The notes under the pieces are model-generated. The model was not told where the DNA came from. It was given only the letters and a program-made list of their open reading frames with translations, and searched no databases. Shown piece after piece: positions 48,720 through 61,659 of a DNA stretch of 64,000 nt; position 1 is the first letter of the stretch; each line of letters starts with the position of its first letter. The DNA is from the human T2T-CHM13v2.0 reference genome, Homo sapiens, in the NCBI RefSeq assembly GCF_009914755.1, contig NC_060928.1, one strand, 5' to 3'. The translations under genes and the position numbers were made by a program.

Positions 48720-51058
48720 CAATTCATGCTGCACCTCCCCTCTCTTCCAGACTTTCCTTAATAGTGGCATGGGAAGTGCATGGATGAGAAGAATTTAAGC
48801 AAGAAATAAGAATATCATCCACAGTGCTTTGATTTGGTGGCTTATCCTGAACTCATAATATTATAAGGAGGACAAGGCCTCACCACATTTGATAACTAGG
48901 TAACTGTCTTGCCAGCACGGGTCTGTCTTCAAACCGTAAAAGGGATCATCTTAGAGACCATGGATGGATCAGAGATACGACTGAGGGAAAGGCAAAAACC
49001 CTTCAAACCTTGCTATCACCTTGTAAGTAGAAAAAGAGTGTCTTTTCTCCAAAATTTCAGACTGCCAATGTCAAACTTTACACAATAATAGTAACTTTAG
49101 AACTTTGTTTTGGAATCTCAAAACCAAAGGCAGAAAACAAAGGAAAAATTAAAAATTACACACAAGTGTACAAACATGCATAAACACAGTCACACAGATG
49201 GGTAAAAAGAGAAAACGAGGAAGAGCAAATTGAGACGTTAAATTTCAGATTCTCCAGACCTGTCCCTACTCTTCCAAGTCCTTGGAATTACTCCAAGAAA
49301 GACACAAGAGCCAGGGGCAAGAACACCAGTCTTTTCTCCGGGTCTCATGCCCTCCCTCCCCAAGTTCAATACTCACCCAAGGCAGGGCAAAGTGTTTATT
49401 CTCAGTGGCAGTCCCTTTCTATGTCATTGTTTTTTCTCACAGCTTTTCCTCCCCTCCTCAGAGACTGAAATGCTAGCTAGGTCTCAAGCCAAGACATTTT
49501 CATGAGGGAAAGATTTCAAAAAGATTATGGATGGGATTTTAAATGTCTACTGAAATACACACAGAAAAGTCTTCATTGTAAAGGAGAAAATGCTTTTAAA
49601 AGTATATTTAAATAAATCCTCAATAACAGAGACTTGGCAGACCCAGGGCTGCTCCCCGGCCATCCCTGGGAAAGTGGGCTTTTTATGGATTCTGATCTAA
49701 GTGTGAGGGCTGACAGGAGGTCCTAATCTATAGTATTGTTCCGTGCTTGTGAGAGTCTCACTAATTAGTAGCTGATGAGCTACAAAAGGAGTAAATTTTG
49801 TTTCAATTTAATGATGACCTTCATCTTAATTCCATTTCCTCTGTGAAAACCTGGAAATTATATGACAATCCCCAAACAGAAGAGTTTTTAAATACTCCTC
49901 TAGTCAGGCAAATTGTGTTAATTTCTTGCCCCCTTACTAAATGCAGAGCTACGGTAAACATAATGTACTTCTGGAAAAAGAACTGACAGAAGAAAATTTA
50001 GGTTTTTGGATCATTGGGGAAATTTTGGCTGGAGATAGGAAAAATGAGAGGTTTTGGTTTGCATTTATGACAAAAAACAAATCACATAAAAACTCTGAGG
50101 ATGACAAAAATAAACTGTTATGTCATCCAAACTAAAAGAATTTAATGCTCCTAGGAGACCTTAAGTAACCTAGAGACCAATGCCCGTCAGAGTATATGCT
50201 TAATAAATTTTGGTTGAAAGAATCAGTGAGTGAATGAATGAATTCTCTTGAGAGTATCTTGCGTTCAGTAAATGCTGGTGTTTTCAGCTGTAACTTTTGT
50301 AAATTCAATAAAGCAGCAGATTCAGTACACTGCTGCTGCTAAAAAATGTAGAACAACTAGTTGTGAAAGCAGCCCTTGACCGCCCAGCAGGAAATAAGCT
50401 CTCAGCTGCACTCAGTGAATAAGTGAGGAGATCCAAGGGCAAGTCGAATCGGCACCTGTCTGCTTCTCCACCACTATGGCCTCTCAGATGGCAGACCCCA
50501 GTATCAGGGCTTCTCCAGCAACAGGCTACAGGGTGGGGGAGGGGGCGACCCACGGATGGTTCTGGAAACAGTGTGAGCAGGGGACATTCCCATCCAGCTT
50601 TTTTGACACAGCCATTTTAATAAAGGAAAGGGAGCAGTGGTATTTTCTTTTCATTTTTCCTCCTTTTAATACCAAATAATCTTTGTTAAAGACACTATTC
50701 AGCATCACATCATTCTTGACCCTCTCTTCAGACATGGCGTGAGATCTGGGGATGTGTTCTGACTCAAACATTATTACAAGTTTTTCAGAACTGAAAGTTA
50801 AATGACTTGAGGGCCAAGTCAAAGCATGCTGTTTTCCACAATGACCCCTCTACGATCCTTGTCCACACACAGGTGCACACCTACAAGACTACTTATGGAA
50901 TGACTGAATGAGTGTTTGCTATAATGAATGGTAATCAGGGTTGGAGTGCACATAATGACTATACTTAGTATCCATGTAAGCCAATATTTCTAGAGTCAGA
51001 TGGTGGGTCATGGGAGAAGGCAGCTGAATAGAACAAGACATGATTTGATTCCTAAATT

Positions 51059-51368
<310 letters not shown>

Positions 51369-52179
51369 TGATTCCTAAATTCTCTTGAAGATTTTAGATC
51401 TAAATCTCAGAGGCACCAGCCTGCCCAACTCTCCAGCTGAGAGAATCAAAGGTGCTCACAACCCAGATGGGTTAAACATTCAGGCTACCTTAGGGCTGTG
51501 CTGTCCCCTCTTCACCGTAGGAGACAGGAACAGATCGGGGTGGCCATGGTTACACTGAAGCAGAACCAACTCAACATCATCCCCCTCTGGGGACTGGAAG
51601 CCACAACTCTTATTTCCTCTCATTCCAATGCCATTTCTCATCTCTCTTAATAATGGATCCAGAATTATTCCAAGGTATTTCAGGGCAGATGACTCTTCTG
51701 CCCAATTTCAGTTCTACAAACCCTAAATGATTCTACTCATGTTCCCATTTTCTCTCTCAGGATCTGCTTTGCACACAAAAAGAAATAAGAACAAAGGGCC
51801 TCATCGTGTGATTTAAGAAAAAGAGTCTTTTCCTACTGCCTGGCTCAGTTCAGAAGTAAGAGACTCATTTGCATTAACAAGTAAGCATCACTGGGAAGAG
51901 TGAGAGAAGTCTATCAATCATTCACACTCTAGTGCAAATTACTAAAATCCAATTGCTTTCCTCTCTTATATCTATCTGAAACTTCTGGGGGAGGTTTCTC
52001 ATGGATGAGCTCCGGGTGCACACCTGTGTAGCTATTCTCACTAAGCAGCATCTGTGTATAGAGATTATGTATGTGGTGCAGAGCCCATACAAAATAAGTT
52101 TGGCAGAAACTCTGCTAAAACTAGAGGAAACTAGAATTAATAACATAAGCACATAAAATGTTCTTACAGCTTCTTCTCT

Positions 52180-52300
52180 TGCATCACTTTATTTAATATT
52201 CACATAACTCTGTGAGGTTGTATTATCACCATCCCATTTTATAGGTGAGAGAAAGAAATTAAACATCTTGCCTAAGAAGAAGGAGATCTTAACTCTGAAA
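52180..52300 (-). mobile_element. MIR
   Basis: atttaatattcacataactctgtgagg...atcccattttataggtgag. Confidence 0.65.
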
Positions 52301-52690
52301 CCAGAGAGAAAGATCCCAAACCTGGGTGTCGTTTTACTATGGGAAGGGTATTTCTTTTGCAGTGTTTTAAGGCATCTGCTACCACCACATTACAAAATTT
52401 AGAAAATAACAGAGGTATCGGCAATGGCAGGAGTCCAAACATGAGAAATAAAACTAGAAGAGAAGAGTGGTTTCAAATGTTGGCACATCCTCTTACCTTC
52501 CTTTTTGTACTTTCCTTTAAGTCTTCCATGGTAAATGCAATCTGGCTTCGTGCCTCTTCCTTCATCTAGGTCATTTTAACAGCTCCTTTACTTTAGTCCA
52601 GGGTGAAATTCTGTCTCAAAGCTGTCTGAGATTAGCCTAAGTGGGGCAACTTGCCCTGATTGGATAAAGCTTTTAAACGGTCATGAATTA

Positions 52691-52840
52691 GCTGAGCATG
52701 GTGGCTCACGCCTATAGTCCTAGCTACTTGGGAGGCTGAGGCAGGAGGATCACTTGAATCCAGAAGTTTGAGACCAGCCTGGACAACATTGTGGGAGGCA
52801 TTGTGAGATTCCCCCATCTCAGAAGACAAACAAACAAACA
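52691..52840 (+). mobile_element. Free left Alu monomer (FLAM-like) with a (CAAA)n tail
   Basis: Single monomer gctgagcatggtggctc...tagtcctagctacttgggagg...gagaccagcctggacaaca. Degenerate TSD core tcatgaatta/tcatgaacta. Confidence 0.8.
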
Positions 52841-53029
52841 AAAACCTCATGAACTAGTAGGCAGCAGACTGAAGGATAAAGCAGTGCCGGGTAGCTGACA
52901 GCAGGGGAGTGCACAGCTGCAGGGTGTTCAGCTCTATTCTGTGCCCCTCTTCATGAGACAGGGCCCACCTCGAGCATTCCTCAGGGGGTTAGGGAGGGGC
53001 AGGAACTCACATCAAGTACCCTGAAAGGT

Positions 53030-53240
53030 AGTCATAGAGCTAACAATAGTTAAGGCCTCACGAATTCCTCCACAGCTCTATGAGGTAGTGCATTCACCAA
53101 TATTCCCATTTTCAGGTGTGAAAAATGAGACATTAAGAGGGTAAGTAATTTTGCTAAGGTCACTCAGCTGCTAAATGACAGAGCAGGCATTTTCACCTAA
53201 GCAGCCTGATCCGAGAGCCTGAGTCCTTAACAGAAAACTA
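53030..53240 (-). mobile_element. MIR
   Basis: ctctatgaggtag...tcccattttcaggtgtgaaaaatgagac...gctaaggtcactcagctgctaaatgacagagc. Confidence 0.75.
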
Positions 53241-53560
53241 TAACACATATGGTTTTCACAGAAAACTGCACCCACCTCTGCAATGTGCTCAAGGTGGACC
53301 CTGTCTCAGGAAGAGTGGAACAGAATAGAACCAGACAATCTTCAGGTGTGCACTCCCCCATGCTTCGCTACCTGGCACTGCAGCCTACTGGTTCATGAGA
53401 TTACACCGGGATGTGTTTATCCCAGGTAATCTAAGACATGGAGATATATGGCAGCCTCGTATCACACAGATGGGGAAGTGGATGCAGAACTAGGGCCAAA
53501 GGGAAGAAGTTACAAGCAGATTTCAAGAGAATATGACTTTCAACTTTCTAAACACAGATA

Positions 53561-53850
53561 TGTCTGCATTGGTTGGATGCTTTTAGTTTCAGCAACAAAA
53601 AAACAATCGAAAATGTCTTAATCAAAAAGGGAAAAAACTTTCCATATAACTGGAAATTGTGAGACATGGCAAGATCCAGGTATTAAGATGTTGTCATCAG
53701 CAATCTGTCCTTTTTTCTTCATCTCTTGACTCAGCTTTCCTACCTGTTCTATTGCTTTCAGGCAGAGTCTCCACTGTTGAGCAGAAATGACACCAGCAGT
53801 TCTAGGCTTATCTCATCCTCACAGTTGCCAATCCCTCTGGAAACCCACAG
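53561..53850 (-). mobile_element. Old MaLR LTR fragment (MLT1K/L-like)
   Basis: ggatgcttttagtttcagcaac...cttaatcaaaaaggg...catctcttgactcagctttcc...cagcagttctaggctta. Confidence 0.55.
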
Positions 53851-54524
53851 AAATTAGCAGTTAGTTCTGCCTATGGACGTGGGGTGGGGAAATCTGGGTG
53901 GACTTTACAGAGGTGGTGGCATGTACTTGGATCTTAATGATATGTAGGAGTTTCCCAGGCAAAGGAAGATGGAAAAGAATGGGCTTTCCTATATTTGAGG
54001 GACAGTTCAAACATCCTGGAGATGCTTGATGATGAGAGATGAGAACAGCTGCCCAATTCACTGAAAGCCGTTTTACCAAATGATCAATATGCAAAGTAAC
54101 CAATTTGCTTAAAAAAATCAATTTGTCAAATGTTCAATTCATAATTATCAAGTTTACTGATCAAAAAATAATCTTTTTTGACTATTTAAAGTTTACAGCA
54201 ATCTGTGCTGGATCTGTGGCCTTGGTTGACCAAATTTGATTCTGTCTCTAGAACAGCATTTTAAGGGATATTCAGTTTATTAAGACCTAATATTATAGGG
54301 GGATTTAGTCTGCTTAGGTCTATATTTAATATTTTTTGAAGTATTATTTTAATCAATGACCAAATGTCAATGTTTCATGTGCGAGTTTTTCAGTTTCTAC
54401 TGATATCTTTCGACCTTTTCTCATGCTCCTGAACATTTCAGCATGTCTTGCCAAATCTTATTAAAGACCTTTCTCTCTGAAGAAAGTTTTTACTTTTCTG
54501 CTTAGACCTCATAGTTCTAACACT

Positions 54525-54740
54525 TTAGACCTTGCCATTTAATGTGATAGCCAATATCCAAATTTAAATTAGCTGAAATTAAATACAATCAAATAGAATT
54601 AAAATTTTATTTCCTCAGTGGCACTAGCCACATTTTGAGAGATCCCAGCCACAGGTTGACAGTCAGTGGCTACCATAATAGACAGCACACAGAGAACATT
54701 CTCATCATCACAGAAAGTTTTATTGGGTAGCATTGTTTTA
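54525..54740 (-). mobile_element. MER3-like hAT-Charlie MITE
   Basis: ttcctcagtggcactagccacatttt...agtggctaccataatagacagcac...aacattctcatcatcacagaaagttttattgggtagc. Confidence 0.75.
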
Positions 54741-55082
54741 AATCAGCCTGGTGAGTCCTGATTCCACCGTTTCCCTAGGATTTTGTCTTTGATTTCCTCA
54801 GCTCCAAGCCCCACAGCCGCTACGGGGCCAGACTTCATTCCTGCCTCTTGTCTCAACTCCCCAGCGTCCTACTTGCCTCAGGGAATTTAGAAAGCAAGCT
54901 CATGGTTGATCATCATTTCATTTTTGTCCATTTTCTAGTCTAGCCTAGGAATAGGATGAGTTGTTCAAATATTTTAAGGGTCCCTGTGCAAAATTTCCTA
55001 GGGAATGGTCTACCTTAATTAAATACAAATAAATGCTGCTCTATTCTGCAATGCTTTTGTTCCTGAAACTCCACTGCCTCCA

Positions 55083-55184
55083 GAGAGGAGGAGGGAGGGT
55101 GGGAAGAAGAGAAGGAGGGAGGAAGGGAGGAAGGGAGGGAGGTGTTGGGGGGGACAGAGAGAGAGAGAAAGAGAGAGAGAGAAA
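55083..55184. repeat. Polypurine GGA/GA low-complexity tract
   Basis: About 100 bp of almost pure A/G including (GA)n. Confidence 0.9.
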
Positions 55185-56374
55185 GATCCTCTTGTCAGCA
55201 AACTCCTTACTAAAAATATTAATTCCACTAAAAGCATCGAAAAGACCTTTTTTTCCTTAGAAAGAAAAAAAAATACAGCTGCATAGCAAAATGGAAGGCT
55301 TGAATGAACATTTCAAGTCCTACCTGTCACAAGCCATTAGTCGAATTGCCTAAAGAAATCCCTTGACAAGTATAAGTGCTGTTTTTATGTTAGAGCGCTT
55401 CATAATGTTGCCCACAAGAAGAAATTTCTCCACAAAAGCTTCTTCTGTTTAATAAAGTGATTTGTTCCAGTAACAGTGATAATAAAATTGCTGAATTGAA
55501 ATAGGATTGTTCAATGAAGACCTGAATCCAATTTGCTGGACTAGTATGATTACACTTTTATCTCTGTGTTTACTCATTTGTAGAATTGCTACCAGTCTTT
55601 TGATACGCAATTAATAGGATTAATGGTTTTCAGGACCAGAAGGCAGTAACAGGGAAGAGAACCCATTTTTATGTGGCACAGTATCTGTGTGTTGACCTAT
55701 TAAGGCCTGTGCACCTTGTCAGCTGTGCTACAGAACGATAGGTTGATTGCCTTTCCTTATCCTTTGAAATGGGATGGCTTTTTCCAATGAAAATTATTTT
55801 GAATAATTATGTCTAGGTTAATTTAGGTGCCTCCTCTCTGTGAGCTCCTCAGGCAGCTGACGGTGGAGCCTCATGGACCAGGAAAAAGAAGTAAAGACAA
55901 CTACAATTCTCTAAAATTTAATTTTTGGAGTGATCTGTCTTCTCTATCTGGTCTCATACAAATAATTCTTATTATCATTATTAATGGCTTTAATAGCAGA
56001 ATGAAACATTTTGACAAACCATTTCATTCATTACCTGGAAATCTTTGGAGGCTTAGGTGTACTCATATTTATTTTTGTGATAGCTTATATATGCTTATAC
56101 TTTCTCTAATCAACATTGCCTTTGGGATAGTGCCATCTTAAACCCTCAAAAGGGATTAGTATTAATCATATGGTATACAAAGTAGGATTTATCAAATAAA
56201 TATGGCTTTTTCTGTGTGGAGGTGTTTGTTTTGTTTTGTCTGTTGGGTTTTAAGGGTTTTTTGGTAACAGATTAAGAAACTAGTAAAAACATAACTAGTA
56301 ATGACATAAGCCAGCGTCCTTATAGGCTACCAGAGTGTTTTAAGACTAGCCCTTGATTATGTTTAGCAGACACT

Positions 56375-56870
56375 GGTATCTTTGCTTGGGTTCCGAGAAG
56401 AAAGGGCATAAGGCAAATCTCAATGTTAATGCTTTATTGAGGGAATCCCAGGGAAGCAAGCATAGGAGGTGAATCTAGGCAGGGAAAGAGGGAAAGCAGA
56501 CACAAGGTCATATGTTCCCAAGTTGACACCGCATCCCTGGTAGCTTAGTCATGCTGGATATTTCCAGTGAGGCTAAAGAAAACCACTGCATCTTAGAATA
56601 GCCTGTCAGAGAGAAGAAGGGCAAGCAAGTGTCCACTGGCTCCTTTCTGTCTCTGTCTTTTATTGGTCAGAGTTCCTCGTTGGGGTGTTAGCTCCCCTAT
56701 GTTTGCCAGTCATGTGTTCTAGGCCCCCCAGGGCAGGCACTGGGGAAGCCAGAGCCCCACACACATCAGGTTGGGTCAGAAATGGGCACCTTCACTGCTG
56801 CATTTCCCCACAGGTTCAGTGAACACTATGCCGCAGCCTGGCCCTCATCCACAGGGGAGGCTAGAACAGC
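56375..56870 (-). mobile_element. ERVL LTR (LTR16-like), degraded
   Basis: gcttgggttcc...aaggcaaa...gctttattgagggaatcccagggaagca, resembling an antisense LTR16-type end. Confidence 0.45.
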
Positions 56871-57665
56871 CACAGGCATTAGAAAATGAGGCTGGGGCAA
56901 TGAGGGCTTTACAATCACAGGAACAGTGTGAGCTTTCCCTGGAGTGGATCTGTCGGGGAAGCAGGGAAATGACCAGGGACTGAGGGAAGGAGACAGGCAG
57001 ATGGGGCAAGGCAGATCTGGAGTGATGTATAAAATGGGTCCAATACAACTGGCAAGCTGAATCTATTCTGACGAGCTCTGTCCACAAATAAAGAAGAATA
57101 TTTTCCCCAGGATTTAGTCATATGCAAAAATTATCAAAGTATTTGTTGAATCTTCCAAAATGGCATCTCCTAAACAACTCTCTGCATTAAGTGAAGAATT
57201 TATGTAATTGTAGCTGGGGTTTGCCTGCTATTATTTCAAATATGTGATCCATGTGATCAAGACCCCCTCACAAGAAAAAACAGAGATAACTGAGTTATTC
57301 ACCCATGACCACAAGGCTTGAATGTGGTAGAAACTATTGGTAGAAATTATTGGTTGAATGAATGACAGTGAATAGTCAGCCAATTAGCCCAAGGCATCGA
57401 CTCCATCAGCCACACCCTCATCCCAGCTCTGCCTGGTTTTACTGAATATGATGAAGACATTATGGAGGTAACTTCAGCCTAAAAAGAATATTCGCAGTCT
57501 AACAGTGGCATTTCTAGTCTCACGCTGTAGTGCAGATAGAGTCCGATATTTCCAGTGGGGCTCGGATTACCTCCCTAGTCCCTTGGCAAAGTTGCTTCTT
57601 TAATTGCCACATCTTGAATAGTAATTGTGGCATCAGAATATTAGTAGGGAAACATTGTTTATATA

Positions 57666-58035
57666 TAGGCTAAGTAGTCTTTACCTGAAGTGCTGGGACC
57701 AGAAGTGTCCCAGATTTTGAACTTTTTTGGATGTTGGAATATCTGTATATACATAATGAGACATCTTAGGGAAGGGACCCAAGTCTAAACACAAAATTCA
57801 TTTTTGTCTCATTATATACCTAATACACACAGCCAGAAGGCAATTTTATACAGTATTTTTAATAATTGTAAATAATTGTATGCATGAAGCAAAGGTTTGG
57901 CTTTATTTTGACTGTGACCTGTCATAAGTGGTCAGGTATAGAATTTTCTACTTATGGCATCATATTGGCATTCAAAAAGTTTCGGATTTTGAGCATTTCA
58001 GATTTCAGATTTTTGGATTAGGGATGCTCAACCTG
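57666..58035. mobile_element. Tigger4b/MER46-type TcMar MITE
   Basis: gctgggaccagaagtg...gggacccaagtctaaacac...tttggattagggatgctcaacctg, with degenerate TIRs. Confidence 0.85.
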
Positions 58036-58414
58036 CATTATACACCTTTCTATAGAGTCCCTATAGTCCCACGTAATTGATTTTCATCAACCAATGAACA
58101 ATTTCAAAACTTTTTTTCGGGATATTTTCTCAGTATCTTTTCTGGTTTGTGAAGTCTTTTACTACAGCTCAGCATAGGAAATATAGCATAAATATTGATC
58201 ATAGTTTCCCATTTAAAGTGATAGTATCTGACAATATTAATTATATGGGCACTTTTTTATTTTTTTTTTACCATTTCCTGTTTATTTTTTTTTTTAAACA
58301 GACTAAAAGTTGGCATAGTTACCTGGCAAAGGATAATTAATTCCAATACTTAATTAGAGATGAGGCATTCCAGTAGGTAACCTCTTCCTCACATTCCCTG
58401 GTATGTTTCTCTGT

Positions 58415-58800
58415 TTTTCTTTTTTTTCTTTCTTTTTTTTATTATTATTATACTTTAAGTTCTAGGGTACATGGTGCACAACATGCAGGTTTGTTACATA
58501 GGTATACATGTGCCATGTTGGTTTGCTGAACCCATCAACTCGTCATTTACATTAGGTATTTCTCCTAATGCTATCTCTCCCCCAGACCCTCACCCGCCAG
58601 CAGGCCCCAGTGTGTGATGTTCCCCACTCTGTGTCCATGTGTTCTCATTGTTCAACTCCCACCTACGAGTGAGAACATGTGGTGTTTGGTTTTCTGTCCT
58701 TGTGATAGTTTGCTTAGAATGATGGTTTCCAGCTTCATCCATGTCCCTGCAAAGGACATGAACTCATCTTTTTTATGGCTGTGTAGTATTCTGTGGTGTA
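58415..58800 (-). mobile_element. L1PA (L1PA5-7-like) 3' end, 5'-truncated
   Basis: ttattatactttaagttctagggtacatg...; ORF 58652..58942(-) ends KKDEFMSFAGTWMKLETIILSKLSQGQKTKHHMFSLVGGS. Confidence 0.93.
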
Positions 58801-58826
58801 GAGGTATGGGCACCATTTTTAATATG

Positions 58827-59989
58827 CCAGCAGTCCTCACTTTGTATGGTAGTTTGAGACCATGAAAAAAGATCTTACAAGCTGAAATCATGCAAAGCAA
58901 TCTTAATAATGAAGAAGAAAAAATATGATGGTCCCATGACACATAAAAATTTCTGTCAAAATGTTAAAAACTCCCTTACTCTAAGTCATAAATGCATAAT
59001 AAAGTGAAAAATAGTAAAACTAATATTTACCTAGTATACCATAATTAAAAACATTAGAAATATTTATGTTTTATTCCTTTGTCAAAACTCATTATGATAT
59101 AACAGTACTTGCCTTCTTCTCACATACACATAAGCATCTTTTCTATGTCTTGATAAATTACCCCTCCTAAGGATAGAGCAGCTTCCAACCTTTGTAAATG
59201 ATAGCTTCCTATCTCTTGTGATGCCAATGTTGTGAAGTATCTCTGAAAGTTATTTTAATGTAAAATTTTTTGCTAATGTCACTTTGTGGGGAGATGTTTA
59301 TCCTTTTCATCACAACCACTTCCCTCATTGATGTCAATAAGTTTTCTTTCACTAAGTTCCCCGGGCTGCATACTGAAAGTCTCTTGAACAGTAACAGTAT
59401 CAACAGTCTGTCAGTCAGTTATTTCTTCTATAACTCCACTTAAGTTTGATTTGAATTTCACGTCCAAGATGACCACTTCTCATTTCTCTGCTACAATTTT
59501 ATCTTTGTTGGATGATTCCCTCTTTTCATTGTCTATTTTTGTAAAATGCCACATGGGTTCATCAGTCTCCCAAACCATGCATCTGCCCCTCTGAGGGTGT
59601 CTTGTTTACGACTTTATGTCTAGTACGCAGCATGGTGAGTATGCAATAAATATTTGGTGAGTGAAAAGAAAAAAGATAAGGAGGCAATGCAACTAGACAC
59701 TTTACTGTCTGCGCATGAGCTGAATAACAGATCCTCTGAGACAAATCACTGACAGATTTTGAAAGAAATGATGTGCTTGGTCACTGATCATAATGCATAC
59801 CTGTTATTTACATAGTGATTGGTAGACTGAAGAGCCAGCCTCAACGTTTCTACTTTATGCAATTATTCACAGTTAATATGCCATAGTGAATGAAATTTGA
59901 ACTATATTTTTGGGAGGCTGCTGTTGATTAAGTAAGCCATGGTAACTGAAACTTATTCATATAGAATCTTGCAAAGTAGGGACCGCCTA
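58827..59989 (-). mobile_element. Tigger-family non-autonomous DNA transposon (Tigger6a-like)
   Basis: TIRs cagcagtcctcactttg...caaagtagggaccgccta, followed by TA. The internal sequence resembles an acidic Tigger transposase remnant on the minus strand. Length about 1.16 kb. Confidence 0.75.
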
Positions 59990-60164
59990 TATTTGATATC
60001 CAATGGTTTCTGGACTTGGTATGAGAACCTAGCTAACCAACATATGATGAAAGGAATCTGTGTCCATCTTGGCCAAGGGGTACCTGAATGAGAACATATT
60101 TGATTTCTTATACATATAATGTGTATATCCACCTCCTAGGGACTATGCCTAAACTCATGGATTA

Positions 60165-60370
60165 CAACGGTTAAGTGTATATCTTTTGAAATCTGATTGA
60201 ACTGAGTTCAAATGTTATTTAATCTCTCACAAACTCAGTTTCCTCACATGTAAAAGCCTATCTCAAATAATTGTTGTGAGTACTGAGAGATAATATAAGC
60301 AAGAACACAAGTGTAATATTGTTAGCACAGGGTCTGGCTTGTAGGAGGGTTCATTAAATGGTATTTTTAG
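60165..60370 (+). mobile_element. MIR
   Basis: tatttaatctctc...ctcagtttcctcacatgtaaaa...ttgttgtgagtactgagagataat. Confidence 0.7.
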
Positions 60371-61007
60371 TAGTAGAAGTGCTGATGGTGGTCATGCCAT
60401 GGTGATGCAGTGTTGGATACCCAAAAGAGGAATGGAATACTGGACTTTAAAAAATAATAGAACTGAAGTACATAATTGAAATCCTTGAGCTTCCCAGAAG
60501 GTTATTATGGCACAGATTTATAATGAACTCATAGAACATTGACTCTGAAAATCTAGAACTTTAAATAGGTTAAAATGCCTCCAGTTCAGGGAAAAATGAG
60601 CAAATAAGCTTTGATATCTATCCATGCCAAGTCATAGTGCCAAAAAGCATTTATGTCTCCATTGTGAGCTTTATCCAACATCCATTTACCAGTTCCTGGT
60701 TTGCAAATCCAATTGCTCTAGAATAGCAATTTGAACATCAAAATTGGCAATATTTTAAGCTTGATACATTAGAGCTGCTAGCATGATGGCACAATTGTAG
60801 GAAAGAGTTCAGCTTGCCCATTGCAAAAGCTTCCCATAAATTTACCTTTGAGCAGCTTGACTTTTGTTAACCATCTGAATGCCATATACATTTAGGAAAT
60901 TTGAAGGGACAATATCCTAATTAGGGACAAGTTAAATTTACTTACACTGAATTATAAAAAAGGCTAGTGTTAATCAAACAATTGAAAAGTCTTTGACCTT
61001 TACAATT

Positions 61008-61282
61008 GTATTTCCTAAATTGTGTTCTGTGGAGCATCAGTACTCCTTGTGATAGTAATATATATTCCACACAAAAAAAGAGAAGGAGGAGTTTCATCGT
61101 CATGAATCTAGAGATTCATAATGGTTCATTAGCAAGCTAAAGACAGCATTTCTGCAGAAAAAAAATCAAATGTGGCTAATCACATTTCCCAAATATATTG
61201 AGCCTAAAAAACTAAAGCCAAACAAGACAAAAACTATTACTTTCTCACAGAATACAGTGTTGCATGTAACAGTTTTGAAAAG
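61008..61282. mobile_element. Probable hAT-Charlie remnant (MER103-like)
   Basis: gtatttcctaaattgtgttctgtggagca...acatttcccaaa...aacagttttgaaaa, resembling Charlie-type termini. Confidence 0.4.
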
Positions 61283-61659
61283 CCTCAGAAAAAGTATAAA
61301 TGAAATTGGGGTTCAAACCATTACCAGATTCACATCTTGAGACACAGAGGATATTTTAATAGTATTTCTGCACTATGTCCTTGACCATCTATGCATTTGG
61401 AAATAAAGTTCAGGTAACTTTCAGCAGCATTCACAAAATTATTCACAAATTTGCCTAAAATGTCTTATTCTGACACAAATTCTCCTTCCCTCCATTCCAC
61501 TGCATTCCCCACACTGGACCATGCTGTGTTCCTAGAGAACCACTTTTCTCATTGGATAGAGTTCCTTGCTCAGTCATCTTAACTGGTCCCCTAATTCAGT
61601 TTGTCAACAACAACAAAACATTTTCAATTCCTCTGATAAACTCCTGGTTCTGTGTTGAG

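Noticed and set aside
52691-52840. 7SL RNA gene
   Set aside because: It lacks the S domain and has an A-rich tail and TSD, so it is a FLAM-type Alu monomer.
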